DNA of 64,000 nucleotides, taken from IMG/VR virus record IMGVR_UViG_3300019458_000191, positions 25,914 to 89,913 of that record; one strand, given 5' to 3'. How positions within the stretch are numbered: position 1 is the stretch's first letter; every line of letters begins with the position of its first letter. The notes below the pieces were generated by a model. That model was not told the origin of the DNA and searched no databases. It saw only the letters and a list, made by a program, of their open reading frames with translations. The translations under genes were made by a program, and so were the position numbers. Positions 18,274 through 27,928 of this stretch are shown in pieces. Source of the DNA: a virus.

Positions 18274-18900
18274 ATGCAATGGAAAAAAAATCGAAAACCT
18301 TCTCGCCGATACAATCAAGACATGGATGATCTCGAAGATAATATAAAAGAATGGTTTGAGGAAAAGGATGATTCTCCATTACATAATAAAATATATCTTT
18401 ACGAAGACGTGACGCCACAGAGCATCCTTCGTCTAAATAAACAAATCGACTCTCTTACAAAAAGACTTCAGATACTTCAAATCAATGTATCTTTGCCTGC
18501 ACCCCCGGTCATTGAACTTCATATTTGTACCGACGGCGGCGATTTGTGTGCAGCTTTATCTACCGCAGATAAGATTTCAAAAAATGCTGTCCCAGTTCAT
18601 ACTTATTGTGAAGGATTAGTAGCTAGTGCGGGAACCATTATTTCTGTTTGTGGTTATAGACGTTTCATCAGTGAAAATTCCTGTATGTTAATTCATCAAT
18701 TAAGTTCTACCTCTTGGGGTAATTTTGAACAATTAAAAGATGATATGAAAAACAACGAAGTATTAATGAAAATATTGAAAAATGTTTATTTAAAGAAAAC
18801 TTCCATATCCGAAGAAGATTTATCGAATGTGTTAAAGAGGGATTTGTTTTTTACTTCAGAAGAATGTCTAAAAAGAGGATTGGTAGATACAATTGTTTGA
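18274..18900 (+). CDS. clpP: ClpP-like protease
   Basis: Motifs I.LHI.T.GG, G.VASAG and MLIHQ; DLFFTSEECL..GLVD.I. Confidence 0.88.
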   Translation: MQWKKNRKPSRRYNQDMDDLEDNIKEWFEEKDDSPLHNKIYLYEDVTPQSILRLNKQIDSLTKRLQILQINVSLPAPPVIELHICTDGGDLCAALSTADKISKNAVPVHTYCEGLVASAGTIISVCGYRRFISENSCMLIHQLSSTSWGNFEQLKDDMKNNEVLMKILKNVYLKKTSISEEDLSNVLKRDLFFTSEECLKRGLVDTIV

Positions 18901-18907
18901 TTTGAGT

Positions 18908-18935
18908 TGACAATTATAAAAAGTCGTGGTATGGT
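18908..18935 (+). promoter_or_regulatory. Sigma70-type promoter
   Basis: TTGACA followed 16-17 nt later by TATGGT with TG extension. Confidence 0.6.
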
Positions 18936-18971
18936 TTTATTGTAACGCAGATTCTCTAAACAAGAACAATT

Positions 18972-19613
18972 ATGAACGACATCACAAACAAGATAATCGT
19001 ATTGAAGTTGAACGCCTTATGGCAACCTGTAGGCTATTCTTCGGTAGCTAAGGCTATTGTTGATTTGGCTGCTGGCCAAAGTGCCAAGGCTCTTGACTTG
19101 GAATATGAAATGGGCGAAGATGGTGAACCAACCGGCGAACCTATCAGCATGAATCCGGTCGAATGGGATGAATGGATTAATTTGCCTGTTCGTCCATACG
19201 ACTTTTGTGTACATTATGCAAATGGCATGAAGGTTATGCGTGTTCCAACAGTCTTAATCGCTGTCAATTTTAATAAGATGCCTATAAAGAAATTCAATGG
19301 TAAGCCATCAAAAGATTCCATTTGGGCTCGTGACGGTGGAACGTGTCAATATACTGGCCGACAATTGAAAAAGGGCGAAGGTAATATCGACCACGTTGTT
19401 CCAAAAGACCGTGGTGGTAAAGACACATGGGAAAACATGGTTTTGGCTGACAAAGAAATCAATTCCAAGAAAGGTAATCGGTTAAACAGTGAACTCGGAT
19501 TGAAGTTGCTTCGTGACCCGAAGGCTCCGAAGTCTATGCCATTGTCTTCAATGATTAGAACGATCAGACATCGAGATTGGAGACACTTTTTAACGAATAT
19601 CGATGAAGAATAA
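18972..19613 (+). CDS. HNH endonuclease (McrA-like)
   Basis: Motifs VLKLN..WQP, RVPTV, RD..TCQY.G and IDHVVP..RGG..TWEN.V.....N..KGN. Confidence 0.9.
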   Translation: MNDITNKIIVLKLNALWQPVGYSSVAKAIVDLAAGQSAKALDLEYEMGEDGEPTGEPISMNPVEWDEWINLPVRPYDFCVHYANGMKVMRVPTVLIAVNFNKMPIKKFNGKPSKDSIWARDGGTCQYTGRQLKKGEGNIDHVVPKDRGGKDTWENMVLADKEINSKKGNRLNSELGLKLLRDPKAPKSMPLSSMIRTIRHRDWRHFLTNIDEE

Positions 19614-19637
19614 TGGGGAGTACTCCCCTAAAAATCA

Positions 19638-19666
19638 GAAAACCCTCCCACTCGGGAGGGTTTTTC
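19638..19666. terminator. Bidirectional intrinsic terminator between convergent blocks
   Basis: GAAAACCCTCCC-ACTC-GGGAGGGTTTTTC, with A and T tracts on both sides. Confidence 0.88.
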
Positions 19667-19836
19667 GTTTATGTCTTTAATGACATATTACCTGTTTATA
19701 CCTTTAATTACATATTATTTTATACAACATATAGGCCAATGAATCAACATATCCAAAATGTTGAATCAATAAACATAACCTATTCACTTTATGTAGTAGT
19801 AAATATAATTTTGTGTAAACATCCATACTATCGGTC

Positions 19837-20475
19837 TTACTTGGATTCTGTATCTTTATCAAATAAGAAATTGGCTTTAATTGGAGCTGCTCGATAAGAC
19901 AAGGTTGACTTACTCAATTTGTCAAACATGACATTTACACCCTGAGAGTCTGCAACATAATCCAATGTAGTGCCAGCAGAATATCCAAGATTGGAACCAA
20001 CGGCCCAAGAATCTTGATTTGCACCAATGTAAACGAAATCCCAAGAATATACTTGGGTTTGATGATCTATTCTGTTCTTTACATCTTGATGATTGAATTT
20101 GATGCTGGCATTTTCTAATCCATCCGTAATAACGACAACCAACACTCGTTCAGGTCGTTCTTCTTCAGGTGTATTATGTAAACGTATACCCACATTATCA
20201 ACCGTTGTGCAAAAAGCATCATAGAGAGCAGTCCATCCTCTGGGTTCAAAATCTACATCCACCATATCTTTTAGTGTTTGTAAATCTTGATTCTCAAACA
20301 TTACGTCATACACGTCGTCAAATTTATAGGCTGAAACCTTACAAGGTGCGTCACCTAACTTTTCTCGTTGTTCTTTTATAAACGAATTCAATCCACCAAC
20401 AACATCCGAAGCAATTTTTCGCATCGAACCAGACCTATCAATCACAAATATGATTTCTGTATATCCTAATCTCAT
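19837..20475 (-). CDS. von Willebrand factor A domain protein
   Basis: MIDAS motif DRSGSM, T.LYDA and ITDGLENAS. Confidence 0.9.
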   Translation of the reverse strand: MRLGYTEIIFVIDRSGSMRKIASDVVGGLNSFIKEQREKLGDAPCKVSAYKFDDVYDVMFENQDLQTLKDMVDVDFEPRGWTALYDAFCTTVDNVGIRLHNTPEEERPERVLVVVITDGLENASIKFNHQDVKNRIDHQTQVYSWDFVYIGANQDSWAVGSNLGYSAGTTLDYVADSQGVNVMFDKLSKSTLSYRAAPIKANFLFDKDTESK

Positions 20476-20582
20476 AATTAATTTTACCTTTCTTATTTTG
20501 TTTCCCGTTGTGAAATTTCTATTTTTTCTTCAAATTCAAAATTAATTTTTACCGGTGAAGTTGTGAATCCTGTTCTCAATTA

Positions 20583-20849
20583 TTACTCTCTTTTTAGAGC
20601 ACCATGTTGTTCCATACAAGCGACACATAGTCCTGCCACTTTACGAATCATGTCTAATTTCTTTTCGGTGTCAGCAAATTCTGCTGCGAAGGCTTTTGTC
20701 TTATCGGAATAGCCGGAAATGTATAGAATAAATTCATCTACGGTTCGTTCTCCGTTTCCTGGTCTTCCACCAGATAATGTGTTTCCCCATTTTTTATCTT
20801 GATAGTCACGCTCTGTGTCTATTACTTTATATACTTCTTCTCTTTTCAT
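20583..20849 (-). CDS. MazG-like all-alpha protein
   Basis: Motifs ER.YQD.KWG and KVAGLCVACME. Confidence 0.6.
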   Translation of the reverse strand: MKREEVYKVIDTERDYQDKKWGNTLSGGRPGNGERTVDEFILYISGYSDKTKAFAAEFADTEKKLDMIRKVAGLCVACMEQHGALKRE

Positions 20850-20850
20850 A

Positions 20851-21996
20851 TTATTTTTTATCGTTATCTATCATGATTTTAACCAAGTGGTCAAATGATA
20901 TTTTGGGTGCCCATCCTAGTTCTTTTCTTACTCTCTTTGAATCACCCAACAACAAATCGACTTCAGCGGGTCTGTAAAACTTAGAATTAATTTTTACCAA
21001 TACAATTCCCCTCCACACATATATTTCGTTTATTCCTTCTCCAACCCATTCGCCCACTACTCCAAAACAGTCGAAGGCACGTTCAACAAATTCTTTGATG
21101 GTGTGTGTTTCTCCACTTGAAAGAACATAATCACTCAATTTTCTGGATAACCATTGAGTATATTTATCTCCGTAAATTTCCATCATATCACTTCTTACTA
21201 CCGCTAAATCTTCATTATAGACATCTTGGTTTAACATCCTCCATACACCATCCATAAAATCAGGAGAATAACTCCAATCTCTTTTTGCATAAATATTTCC
21301 TAATTCCAACGGAACAGGTTGAAGAACACCGGATTGATGTTCTTTCATGATTCGACAAACATTTTGAGTAATTTTCCTTGTTACAAATTCTTCACCACGT
21401 CGTTCGCCCTCGTGGTTAAACAACCATCCTTGGATTGCGTATAATCCATACGATTCACGATAAACCTTAACGACCATCCTAGCAGCCGTTTTAGATGCTC
21501 CGTATGGGCTGCGTGGTCTTTCTGGATGTGTTTCATCTTGGGGGGTCCGTACGACATCACCAAATTCTTCCGAAGAACCGGCATTATAAAATCGGCATGC
21601 TGGTTTGAACCTATAAATGGCTTCAAGACAATCCAATACAGCAGTTGAATTGGTTTCCCAAGTTTGGCGGGCAAAATCCCATGAGGATGCTACGAAAGAT
21701 TGTGCGGCGAAATTGATAAAGTAGTCAGGCTTCAATACTTCTATTAATTTGTAAATCGAATGAGAATCAGTCAAATCAAAATTAACTAAAATAAAACGGG
21801 GATAGTCAACCAAATGTTTTATGTTATCGTGATTTTCGACACTTAAACGTCTTGCCCCACCAACTACCGTTAAATCGGTATGTGATAAAAGATAATCAAC
21901 CATGTGGCTTCCATCTTGTCCAGTGACGCCTGTGACGAATGCAACTTTGCCAGAAAAATATCTGCCCTGTAAATCTTGTATATTGTGAACTTTCAT
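20851..21996 (-). CDS. gmd: GDP-mannose 4,6-dehydratase
   Basis: Motifs TGVTGQDG, AAQSFV..S, SSEEFG, PRSPYGASK, FNHE..RRG..FVTRKI and RPAEVDLLLGD. Confidence 0.96.
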   Translation of the reverse strand: MKVHNIQDLQGRYFSGKVAFVTGVTGQDGSHMVDYLLSHTDLTVVGGARRLSVENHDNIKHLVDYPRFILVNFDLTDSHSIYKLIEVLKPDYFINFAAQSFVASSWDFARQTWETNSTAVLDCLEAIYRFKPACRFYNAGSSEEFGDVVRTPQDETHPERPRSPYGASKTAARMVVKVYRESYGLYAIQGWLFNHEGERRGEEFVTRKITQNVCRIMKEHQSGVLQPVPLELGNIYAKRDWSYSPDFMDGVWRMLNQDVYNEDLAVVRSDMMEIYGDKYTQWLSRKLSDYVLSSGETHTIKEFVERAFDCFGVVGEWVGEGINEIYVWRGIVLVKINSKFYRPAEVDLLLGDSKRVRKELGWAPKISFDHLVKIMIDNDKK

Positions 21997-22036
21997 AACC
22001 GATTATACGTATATCCTTATCTCCACAAAGGAGTAA

Positions 22037-23062
22037 TTATATCAACATTAATGATTCTATCCACGCCATAGTAGAATCAACGTTGTAAGTTTCCAATCCT
22101 ATAATATTCAGCATCTGTAAGTTAATGTATTTACCGTAATAGGCAATATATAACTTCCAAATAATACTATCTATATTCGTTGGTTCTGCTTTGTATAAAA
22201 AATTTAGCCAAGAAATATCTTTGGACCCCACCATTGAAATTCCATTAGAAACAAAATCCGCCGCGACAATATTAAATGTTTCGGACATACTCACTTGTAA
22301 ACCAATATCCATTTCTCTTACAAGGGTTATGAAAGTTTGGTGATCCATCCAATGATGTTTAACTAAAATATGTTGAGTGCCTTCAAAACATCTTTCTATA
22401 TTTGTTAAAACCGATTCGCCTTTTTGTTCCGTTCTGTCTGAATTGATATGAAATTTTATTTTTTTACCAATTTTGTTACCAAAAGCAATAGATGCCATTG
22501 CTTGATAAAGTTGATTTTTCATTGGTCTGATTGCCCCGAAACAACCAATATTAATATATTCTGAATCACATGGTTTGCAATCTTCTATGGTGTATTCCGG
22601 CGGACAATAAATGTTTGGGTGATAAATAACAGTAATATCAAAACAATCCCTGAATGTATCTACGATATCTCGGCTATTTGCGGAAATAAATAATCGCTTT
22701 GGAAATTTTTTAGAAATTTCATGATATCTTTTTAACCAATCGATAGCAATACCCTCATTGGCCAAAAATGGAATCTTACTATGAATACGAACGAACCATC
22801 TTATTTTTGGATGAATCTTTACTAATATTTCCATTTTCTCAGGTACAACCCACAAAGCTTCAATAAATACGTGTGTAGGTTGATCTAAAGTTACTTCTCT
22901 ATCAATACAATTATTATCAACTACTGTAGTTGTTCTCGCTAAGATTCCGTGCTTTCTTAATTCATTACACACGAAATTACAAGAATTGATTAATCCATAA
23001 GATATTCCATAGGAATTATTTCTCTTCTTGCAGATAAATAGTATTTTTACTTTTCGGTCCAT
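22037..23062 (-). CDS. GT-B glycosyltransferase (GT4-like)
   Basis: Motifs GCFGAIRPMKN and SETFNIVAAD. Start taken at MDRKVKILF. Confidence 0.75.
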   Translation of the reverse strand: MDRKVKILFICKKRNNSYGISYGLINSCNFVCNELRKHGILARTTTVVDNNCIDREVTLDQPTHVFIEALWVVPEKMEILVKIHPKIRWFVRIHSKIPFLANEGIAIDWLKRYHEISKKFPKRLFISANSRDIVDTFRDCFDITVIYHPNIYCPPEYTIEDCKPCDSEYINIGCFGAIRPMKNQLYQAMASIAFGNKIGKKIKFHINSDRTEQKGESVLTNIERCFEGTQHILVKHHWMDHQTFITLVREMDIGLQVSMSETFNIVAADFVSNGISMVGSKDISWLNFLYKAEPTNIDSIIWKLYIAYYGKYINLQMLNIIGLETYNVDSTMAWIESLMLI

Positions 23063-23211
23063 TTTATGTATTTGTATATTAGTTCTCCATCTTCGTCGAA
23101 ATAACAAGCCCACCGGCCATCCGGAAAAGAAAAGTCTCGTTTTCTCTTCCGACATGATTCCTCCCATTCTTTATACCAATCACTTTCCCACCAATTTTTA
23201 TTCTTTTCCAT
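23047..23211 (-). CDS. Small Trp-rich hypothetical protein
   Basis: MEKNKNWWESDWY... fills the gap and overlaps both neighbours. Confidence 0.5.
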   Translation of the reverse strand: MEKNKNWWESDWYKEWEESCRKRKRDFSFPDGRWACYFDEDGELIYKYIKWTEK

Positions 23212-23734
23212 CATAACCATCACCCTCGTCATCCTCATCTTCCCAAGGTGGTTTATCACCTTCGTTATCTGATTCACTATCGGAGTCTTCTTCATCTGAA
23301 AATTTTTGATAAAAATCTTCAAAATCATCCTCGGATAGACCGAGTAAATTTATAATAGCATTAATTATGTAACAATTATCGTATTTGCTTAATTGTTTTT
23401 CGGATATCTTCTTGGATAGAAGAGTTGCCAGATAAGTCAATTCCATCGTTTTTTTATCATTGGCATCAGGCTCTACTCTACCGTCGCGAATACGATTGAT
23501 TACTTTTTCTTGAGTTATGTCCCAAACTAAACCAGGAATTTCATGATTTTCTATAGCCAATTTGGTTTGTTCTATGACCAGTTCGGAGATCTTCTGGTTT
23601 AATTCGTCGTCTGATACACCATCTTTTTTGGCTTTGGCTTGTAATTTCTTTATTAATCGATTGTCGATTTTTTTCGCAATCGAAAAAGAAGCCAGTATGC
23701 CTTCTTCAGACAATATGTGTCTTGGACAATTCAT
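23198..23734 (-). CDS. Hypothetical protein with acidic tail
   Basis: Helical protein with a D/E-rich C-terminus; TATTTATA 3 nt upstream. Confidence 0.7.
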   Translation of the reverse strand: MNCPRHILSEEGILASFSIAKKIDNRLIKKLQAKAKKDGVSDDELNQKISELVIEQTKLAIENHEIPGLVWDITQEKVINRIRDGRVEPDANDKKTMELTYLATLLSKKISEKQLSKYDNCYIINAIINLLGLSEDDFEDFYQKFSDEEDSDSESDNEGDKPPWEDEDDEGDGYDGKE

Positions 23735-23737
23735 GCC

Positions 23738-23745
23738 TATAAATA
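23738..23745 (-). promoter_or_regulatory. Putative late promoter TATTTATA
   Basis: Lies 3 nt upstream of the ATG at 23734. Confidence 0.55.
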
Positions 23746-23773
23746 TTTTTTAGATTGATTAAAAATCCAAAAA

Positions 23774-24487
23774 TCAAACTCGACTCGTTGTTTTTCTAGG
23801 CGACCCCTGCATTCTATCAGGGTCATTAAAATGAACATCTACCCTATTGTTACGTATATACCCACGTCCACAGATAAATGTGCAATTATAACAGAGAAGT
23901 TTTATATTCTCTAATTTATGATTTTTTGGATCTCCATCTTCAAAATTCAAAACAAGTGGCATTTTTTCATCAGTTATTCTTTTTTCGCTGAATCCACATT
24001 GTTCACACTCAGCTTTTTTTGTTCCACTTCTTATTAAAAGGTCTTTAAGTCTAAATGCAGGATAATTAGGAAATTCACCATTTAATATTTTATTTAATGG
24101 GTATTTACCTTTATTTGGGTCCCAGTATCTTTTCTTTGACCCCTTTCCCCAAGGATTCGTTTTAAAAATACCATACTTAATTGCATATTTTTTGTATGTC
24201 GTGTAATCTACACCCAAATATCTTGCACAAGCTGCAGCACAATCATTCTTTTGTTGAGCTTCTAATATCTCTGATTCCAACAAAGGTCTTCTACTTCCCT
24301 TACTTTTTAATCTTGTTGGGGGCTGGGGTAGTATTCCGGAATCATTAAGTATATCTTCCGGCAATTGAAGTTCATCCATGACTTTTTTTGTGGTTAAATC
24401 ATGGATTTGTTTCTTCATCTCTAGTATGTCTGATACTAGAGCATGAAGAACCTTCTGTTCATTACTTTGGCTTATCGGAGTTTCCAT
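23774..24487 (-). CDS. HTH plus degenerate Zn-HNH domain protein
   Basis: AACARYLGVDYTTYKKYA (HTH-like); CEQC...L.LNF.DGD..N..LEN..LLCYNC. Confidence 0.75.
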   Translation of the reverse strand: METPISQSNEQKVLHALVSDILEMKKQIHDLTTKKVMDELQLPEDILNDSGILPQPPTRLKSKGSRRPLLESEILEAQQKNDCAAACARYLGVDYTTYKKYAIKYGIFKTNPWGKGSKKRYWDPNKGKYPLNKILNGEFPNYPAFRLKDLLIRSGTKKAECEQCGFSEKRITDEKMPLVLNFEDGDPKNHKLENIKLLCYNCTFICGRGYIRNNRVDVHFNDPDRMQGSPRKTTSRV

Positions 24488-24824
24488 CTTCCCCTCTCAT
24501 AGATTCTAACTTTAAATCTACACCATGTTTTTTCATGAAATTCATTCTTAGTAATTCTGCTTTTCTGTGACAACCAGCATTAACTAAAACGAAATAACTG
24601 TTCAATACTACAGGTACATTTAATTTATTACCCACTTTTTCAGAACATTCCATTACTATTGCTAGTTTAAAGTCAGGTTGCCCTAACTTTTTTTCTATAG
24701 CTCTAGTTGCTGCTTCCATGTAAACATCATCAAATATTGATGCATTTATTTCAAATTGTTCTTTCCAATTCAAACATTTGACGACAATCTTCTTAATCTC
24801 CGACGATTTCATAGATTCCTTCAT
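24462..24824 (-). CDS. Hypothetical protein
   Basis: Open frame in an operon. Confidence 0.7.
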   Translation of the reverse strand: MKESMKSSEIKKIVVKCLNWKEQFEINASIFDDVYMEAATRAIEKKLGQPDFKLAIVMECSEKVGNKLNVPVVLNSYFVLVNAGCHRKAELLRMNFMKKHGVDLKLESMRGEDGNSDKPK

Positions 24825-24871
24825 ATTATATCCGATTTTGTTTCCTCTAGCTAATGATGATATTAGTTATC

Positions 24872-26524
24872 TTATAAATCCCCGAAATCATAATTAACGT
24901 TGGTGATGGATAAATCTCCATCATTCAATAAGTCTAAATTCTTCAGTTTTTCCTGAAGGTTTTTGCATACCTTTTCTTCTACGGTTTTGGCAACAAAAAC
25001 AATTTTTTGAATACTTTTCGTTTTGGCATCATCTCTCCATACTCTTCCCGTCGCTTGTCTCATTAAGACAGCCGAATAATTTGGTGATATTAATGCCAGT
25101 CTAGGATGATTTCCCTCCAAATCATGAAGGGAAAGTCCTGCTCCACCTGATGCTATGTTAATTAGAATAACTCGTTGATTATTATTTTGAAAGTTCTCGA
25201 CGTTCTTTTGACGAACATCATCTTTCGTTTTACCATCAAAAATACAACTCGTCTTCAATCTTCTTGCGATTGCATCTATGGTTTCTGTAAAATTTAAAAA
25301 TACGGCAACAGACATGCCATTTTCCAGCCCTTCTTCTATTATTTCTATAAAAAGAGGAACCTTAATTAATTCAATTTGTTGTCTAGCTCTTAAAACGGCA
25401 GTAAGTTCGCTGGCCTTGTCTCGTTTTATTAGAGCATGTAATTTTCTTAATTCCTTTTCCATCGTTGCGTGCACAGAATTAATTTCTTCAGCTTGAATAT
25501 CATCCATGTCATAACAATCAGCAATAATGTCTGATTCTGGAAATCCAGGAATAGTATCTCGTGTCAACCTTACGCCACGATGTTCAAAAATATCTTTGTT
25601 TAATTTTTTTAATACTTTTTCTTTAATCTTTTTATCTTCTGTAAACATTAATCCGAATCGGCCCTTAAACACTCCATGTTCATATAACCATTCATAATAT
25701 TGTTTTGGACCAGAAAATAATTTTATTGCAGTTCCAACGGTTCTCAATTCTAAAGGATTAGTAGCGTTTGTAGCCGAACAAAACAACATTTTAAATTTTT
25801 GTTTAATAGCTTCTACACATGTTTTAGAATTTTGTGTTTTGAAGTTCTTTAGTTTTTGTGATTCATCCCATATAATAAGAGTATCTTTAGGAATTTTCCA
25901 TGTAAATTTTTCACGGTGGGTCTTTCGATTCATTACATACGAGGCTATTGGAGAATCTTTCTTTCCTGTTCTTAATTGTTCATAATTAATGATACCAATT
26001 AAAGAATCTTTCATTTTAAAGTGTTTACATATAACTCTTTTCCATGAGGCCATAACTGCCTTCGGACAAACTACGACGATTTTATGATTTATTTCTCTTG
26101 CTACTGCACAAGCAACATAGGTTTTGCCGATACCTAAATCGGAACCATCTATTGCAGAATTCCATTTATTAATTGCGGATACGAGTTTACTAACCGAATC
26201 TATCTGCCAAGGTCTTAGACCGGATATATCTTTGACTTTATATGGAGGTAGCCAAAAATCCTCTTCTGGGGGAGGGGTCTTCTCTTTTGGTTGTGTAAAT
26301 GATTTAAAATCTAAGCACGTCTTTTTTGTTTCGGCTAAAAACCAATCATTTTCATTTTCTTTAAATACAGAAAATCCTTCTTCTCTTAATTTAAATTTCG
26401 CACCCTTCCAGTAAGCAAAAAAAGCCGACCTATATTCAATTGGAATGAGCCAAATCCGTCTCCACATCGTCTTTTCTTTCTCGACGACCTGATACGGTTC
26501 TGACCATTCAATCGATATTTCCAT
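24872..26524 (-). CDS. SF2 helicase (SNF2/HARP-like)
   Basis: Motifs LRPWQ, DLGIGKT, VVCPK, DESQ, SAT, GG.GLSL and QATGRVWR. Confidence 0.9.
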   Translation of the reverse strand: MEISIEWSEPYQVVEKEKTMWRRIWLIPIEYRSAFFAYWKGAKFKLREEGFSVFKENENDWFLAETKKTCLDFKSFTQPKEKTPPPEEDFWLPPYKVKDISGLRPWQIDSVSKLVSAINKWNSAIDGSDLGIGKTYVACAVAREINHKIVVVCPKAVMASWKRVICKHFKMKDSLIGIINYEQLRTGKKDSPIASYVMNRKTHREKFTWKIPKDTLIIWDESQKLKNFKTQNSKTCVEAIKQKFKMLFCSATNATNPLELRTVGTAIKLFSGPKQYYEWLYEHGVFKGRFGLMFTEDKKIKEKVLKKLNKDIFEHRGVRLTRDTIPGFPESDIIADCYDMDDIQAEEINSVHATMEKELRKLHALIKRDKASELTAVLRARQQIELIKVPLFIEIIEEGLENGMSVAVFLNFTETIDAIARRLKTSCIFDGKTKDDVRQKNVENFQNNNQRVILINIASGGAGLSLHDLEGNHPRLALISPNYSAVLMRQATGRVWRDDAKTKSIQKIVFVAKTVEEKVCKNLQEKLKNLDLLNDGDLSITNVNYDFGDL

Positions 26525-26530
26525 CGAAGT

Positions 26531-26827
26531 TTAATCTCCGTATTCTTCTTTTTGGAAATTCGTCACTTCATGAACATCGCAACGAACATGGGTTTTATCT
26601 TTATTTAAAACACCTATATTTACCTTTTCGGCCATAGCACGAGTAAACATGACTCCCTGAGGGTCATCATAACCATGACCTAAATCAATAAGATGTTGAA
26701 TAAATTCGGCTTTAGAATGGCCTGTTAGAGGTTTCACCATTTCCGAAAGATGTCTAACAACATCAGAAACAGTATTGTGATAAACTACCCGCTTCAATAG
26801 TGGGTCTTGGACATAGAATTTGCTCAT
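26531..26827 (-). CDS. Hypothetical protein
   Basis: Open frame with a TACATATA element upstream. Confidence 0.7.
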   Translation of the reverse strand: MSKFYVQDPLLKRVVYHNTVSDVVRHLSEMVKPLTGHSKAEFIQHLIDLGHGYDDPQGVMFTRAMAEKVNIGVLNKDKTHVRCDVHEVTNFQKEEYGD

Positions 26828-26932
26828 AATTTTTCCTATATGTATATTACGTTGATTTAACTGTAAACGGTTACAATTCTTATATCAACATATAATATCA
26901 AAACTTATTTGTGGACTATGAGCCAACTTAAT

Positions 26933-27901
26933 TTATTTCCACTTTAACTCTCTTTTGATTTTATCAACACGGTCTTTGTCCGATTGGTCCATAGTTTTTG
27001 AAACTTCTTGTAAAAGTTCGGTGATAGTATATTCCTTTTCGGTGCCGGCCGCAGCTTCTCTTTCTTTCATTAGTTCGATAGAATCAATGAGTTTATGTAA
27101 TGTGTCTTTGTATCCATCAGATACGTGTGTAGGAACTAAGTTGGCAAACTTTACTGCACCCGGAGCAATACCCTTTACGAGTTGAATCAACCAACTAAAT
27201 CCGATTTCGAATATAGAAAAGATTGATCCTACAACAGGATTCGCCGAAGCAGCAAGTCTCAACACTAAATATAAAACTAAGAAAATGACAATAAACCAAA
27301 CAATACTAAAGAATAGTCTTTTAATTCCGTAGAATATGGCACCTAATCCGAACCAACTATCCATTTCATTAAGAGTGGCTTTATATTGGTCTGCCTTCAA
27401 AGCATTATTCTCTGCCAACTTTAGATATTTATCCAATTCGGCAACTTTTGAAGCAGCCAAATCTTTCATTTGTACGTTTAATGATTGAATTTCTGCGTCT
27501 TTTACAGACAATGCATCTCTTCCTCGTTTTTGTTCAGAAAATATTTCGGAAAGTAGTTTATCTACAATTGCAATTACTTCTTTTACTTCATTAAAATCCG
27601 GTTTATTAGCCAAAACCTTTACACGGTCATTCATTTCTCTAGCAACATCAACTTCTTTTGGTGGGTCTTGAACCTTCTTTAATGCGTAATCGGTTCCTTC
27701 AGCCAAGGCACCAATATGATTGAGTCTTTCTTGGTCGGTGGCAGCCATTCCTCTTTCAATTTTAGTAAATTGTTCCTTGGCTTCGCTGTTTTTCTTATAA
27801 GAATCGCCTATGACTCCCTTATTTTTACTAAGAAGAGAACCACATCCCACCAACACAAAAATCAAAAAACCTGTAATGACGCCGCCAATATATTGTTTCA
27901 T
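26933..27901 (-). CDS. Lipoprotein with coiled coil and C-terminal transmembrane helices (spanin-like topology)
   Basis: Lipobox LVGC, long helical region, and transmembrane segment FFSIVWFIVIFLVLYLVL; AAAGAGG RBS. Confidence 0.75.
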   Translation of the reverse strand: MKQYIGGVITGFLIFVLVGCGSLLSKNKGVIGDSYKKNSEAKEQFTKIERGMAATDQERLNHIGALAEGTDYALKKVQDPPKEVDVAREMNDRVKVLANKPDFNEVKEVIAIVDKLLSEIFSEQKRGRDALSVKDAEIQSLNVQMKDLAASKVAELDKYLKLAENNALKADQYKATLNEMDSWFGLGAIFYGIKRLFFSIVWFIVIFLVLYLVLRLAASANPVVGSIFSIFEIGFSWLIQLVKGIAPGAVKFANLVPTHVSDGYKDTLHKLIDSIELMKEREAAAGTEKEYTITELLQEVSKTMDQSDKDRVDKIKRELKWK

Positions 27902-27918
27902 AGTATTAACCTCTTTCT

Positions 27919-27926
27919 TATAAATA
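27919..27926 (-). promoter_or_regulatory. Putative late promoter TATTTATA
   Basis: Immediately upstream of the RBS of 26933..27901. Confidence 0.55.
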
Positions 27927-27928
27927 GA

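Noticed and set aside
19613-19897. 94-aa + strand ORF
   Set aside because: It runs through the terminator and overlaps the convergent vWA gene; its composition is not protein-like.
23063-23167. N-terminal extension of the GT-B ORF as given in the ORF track
   Set aside because: The region is better explained by a small overlapping gene (23047..23211); the GT fold starts at MDRKVKILF.
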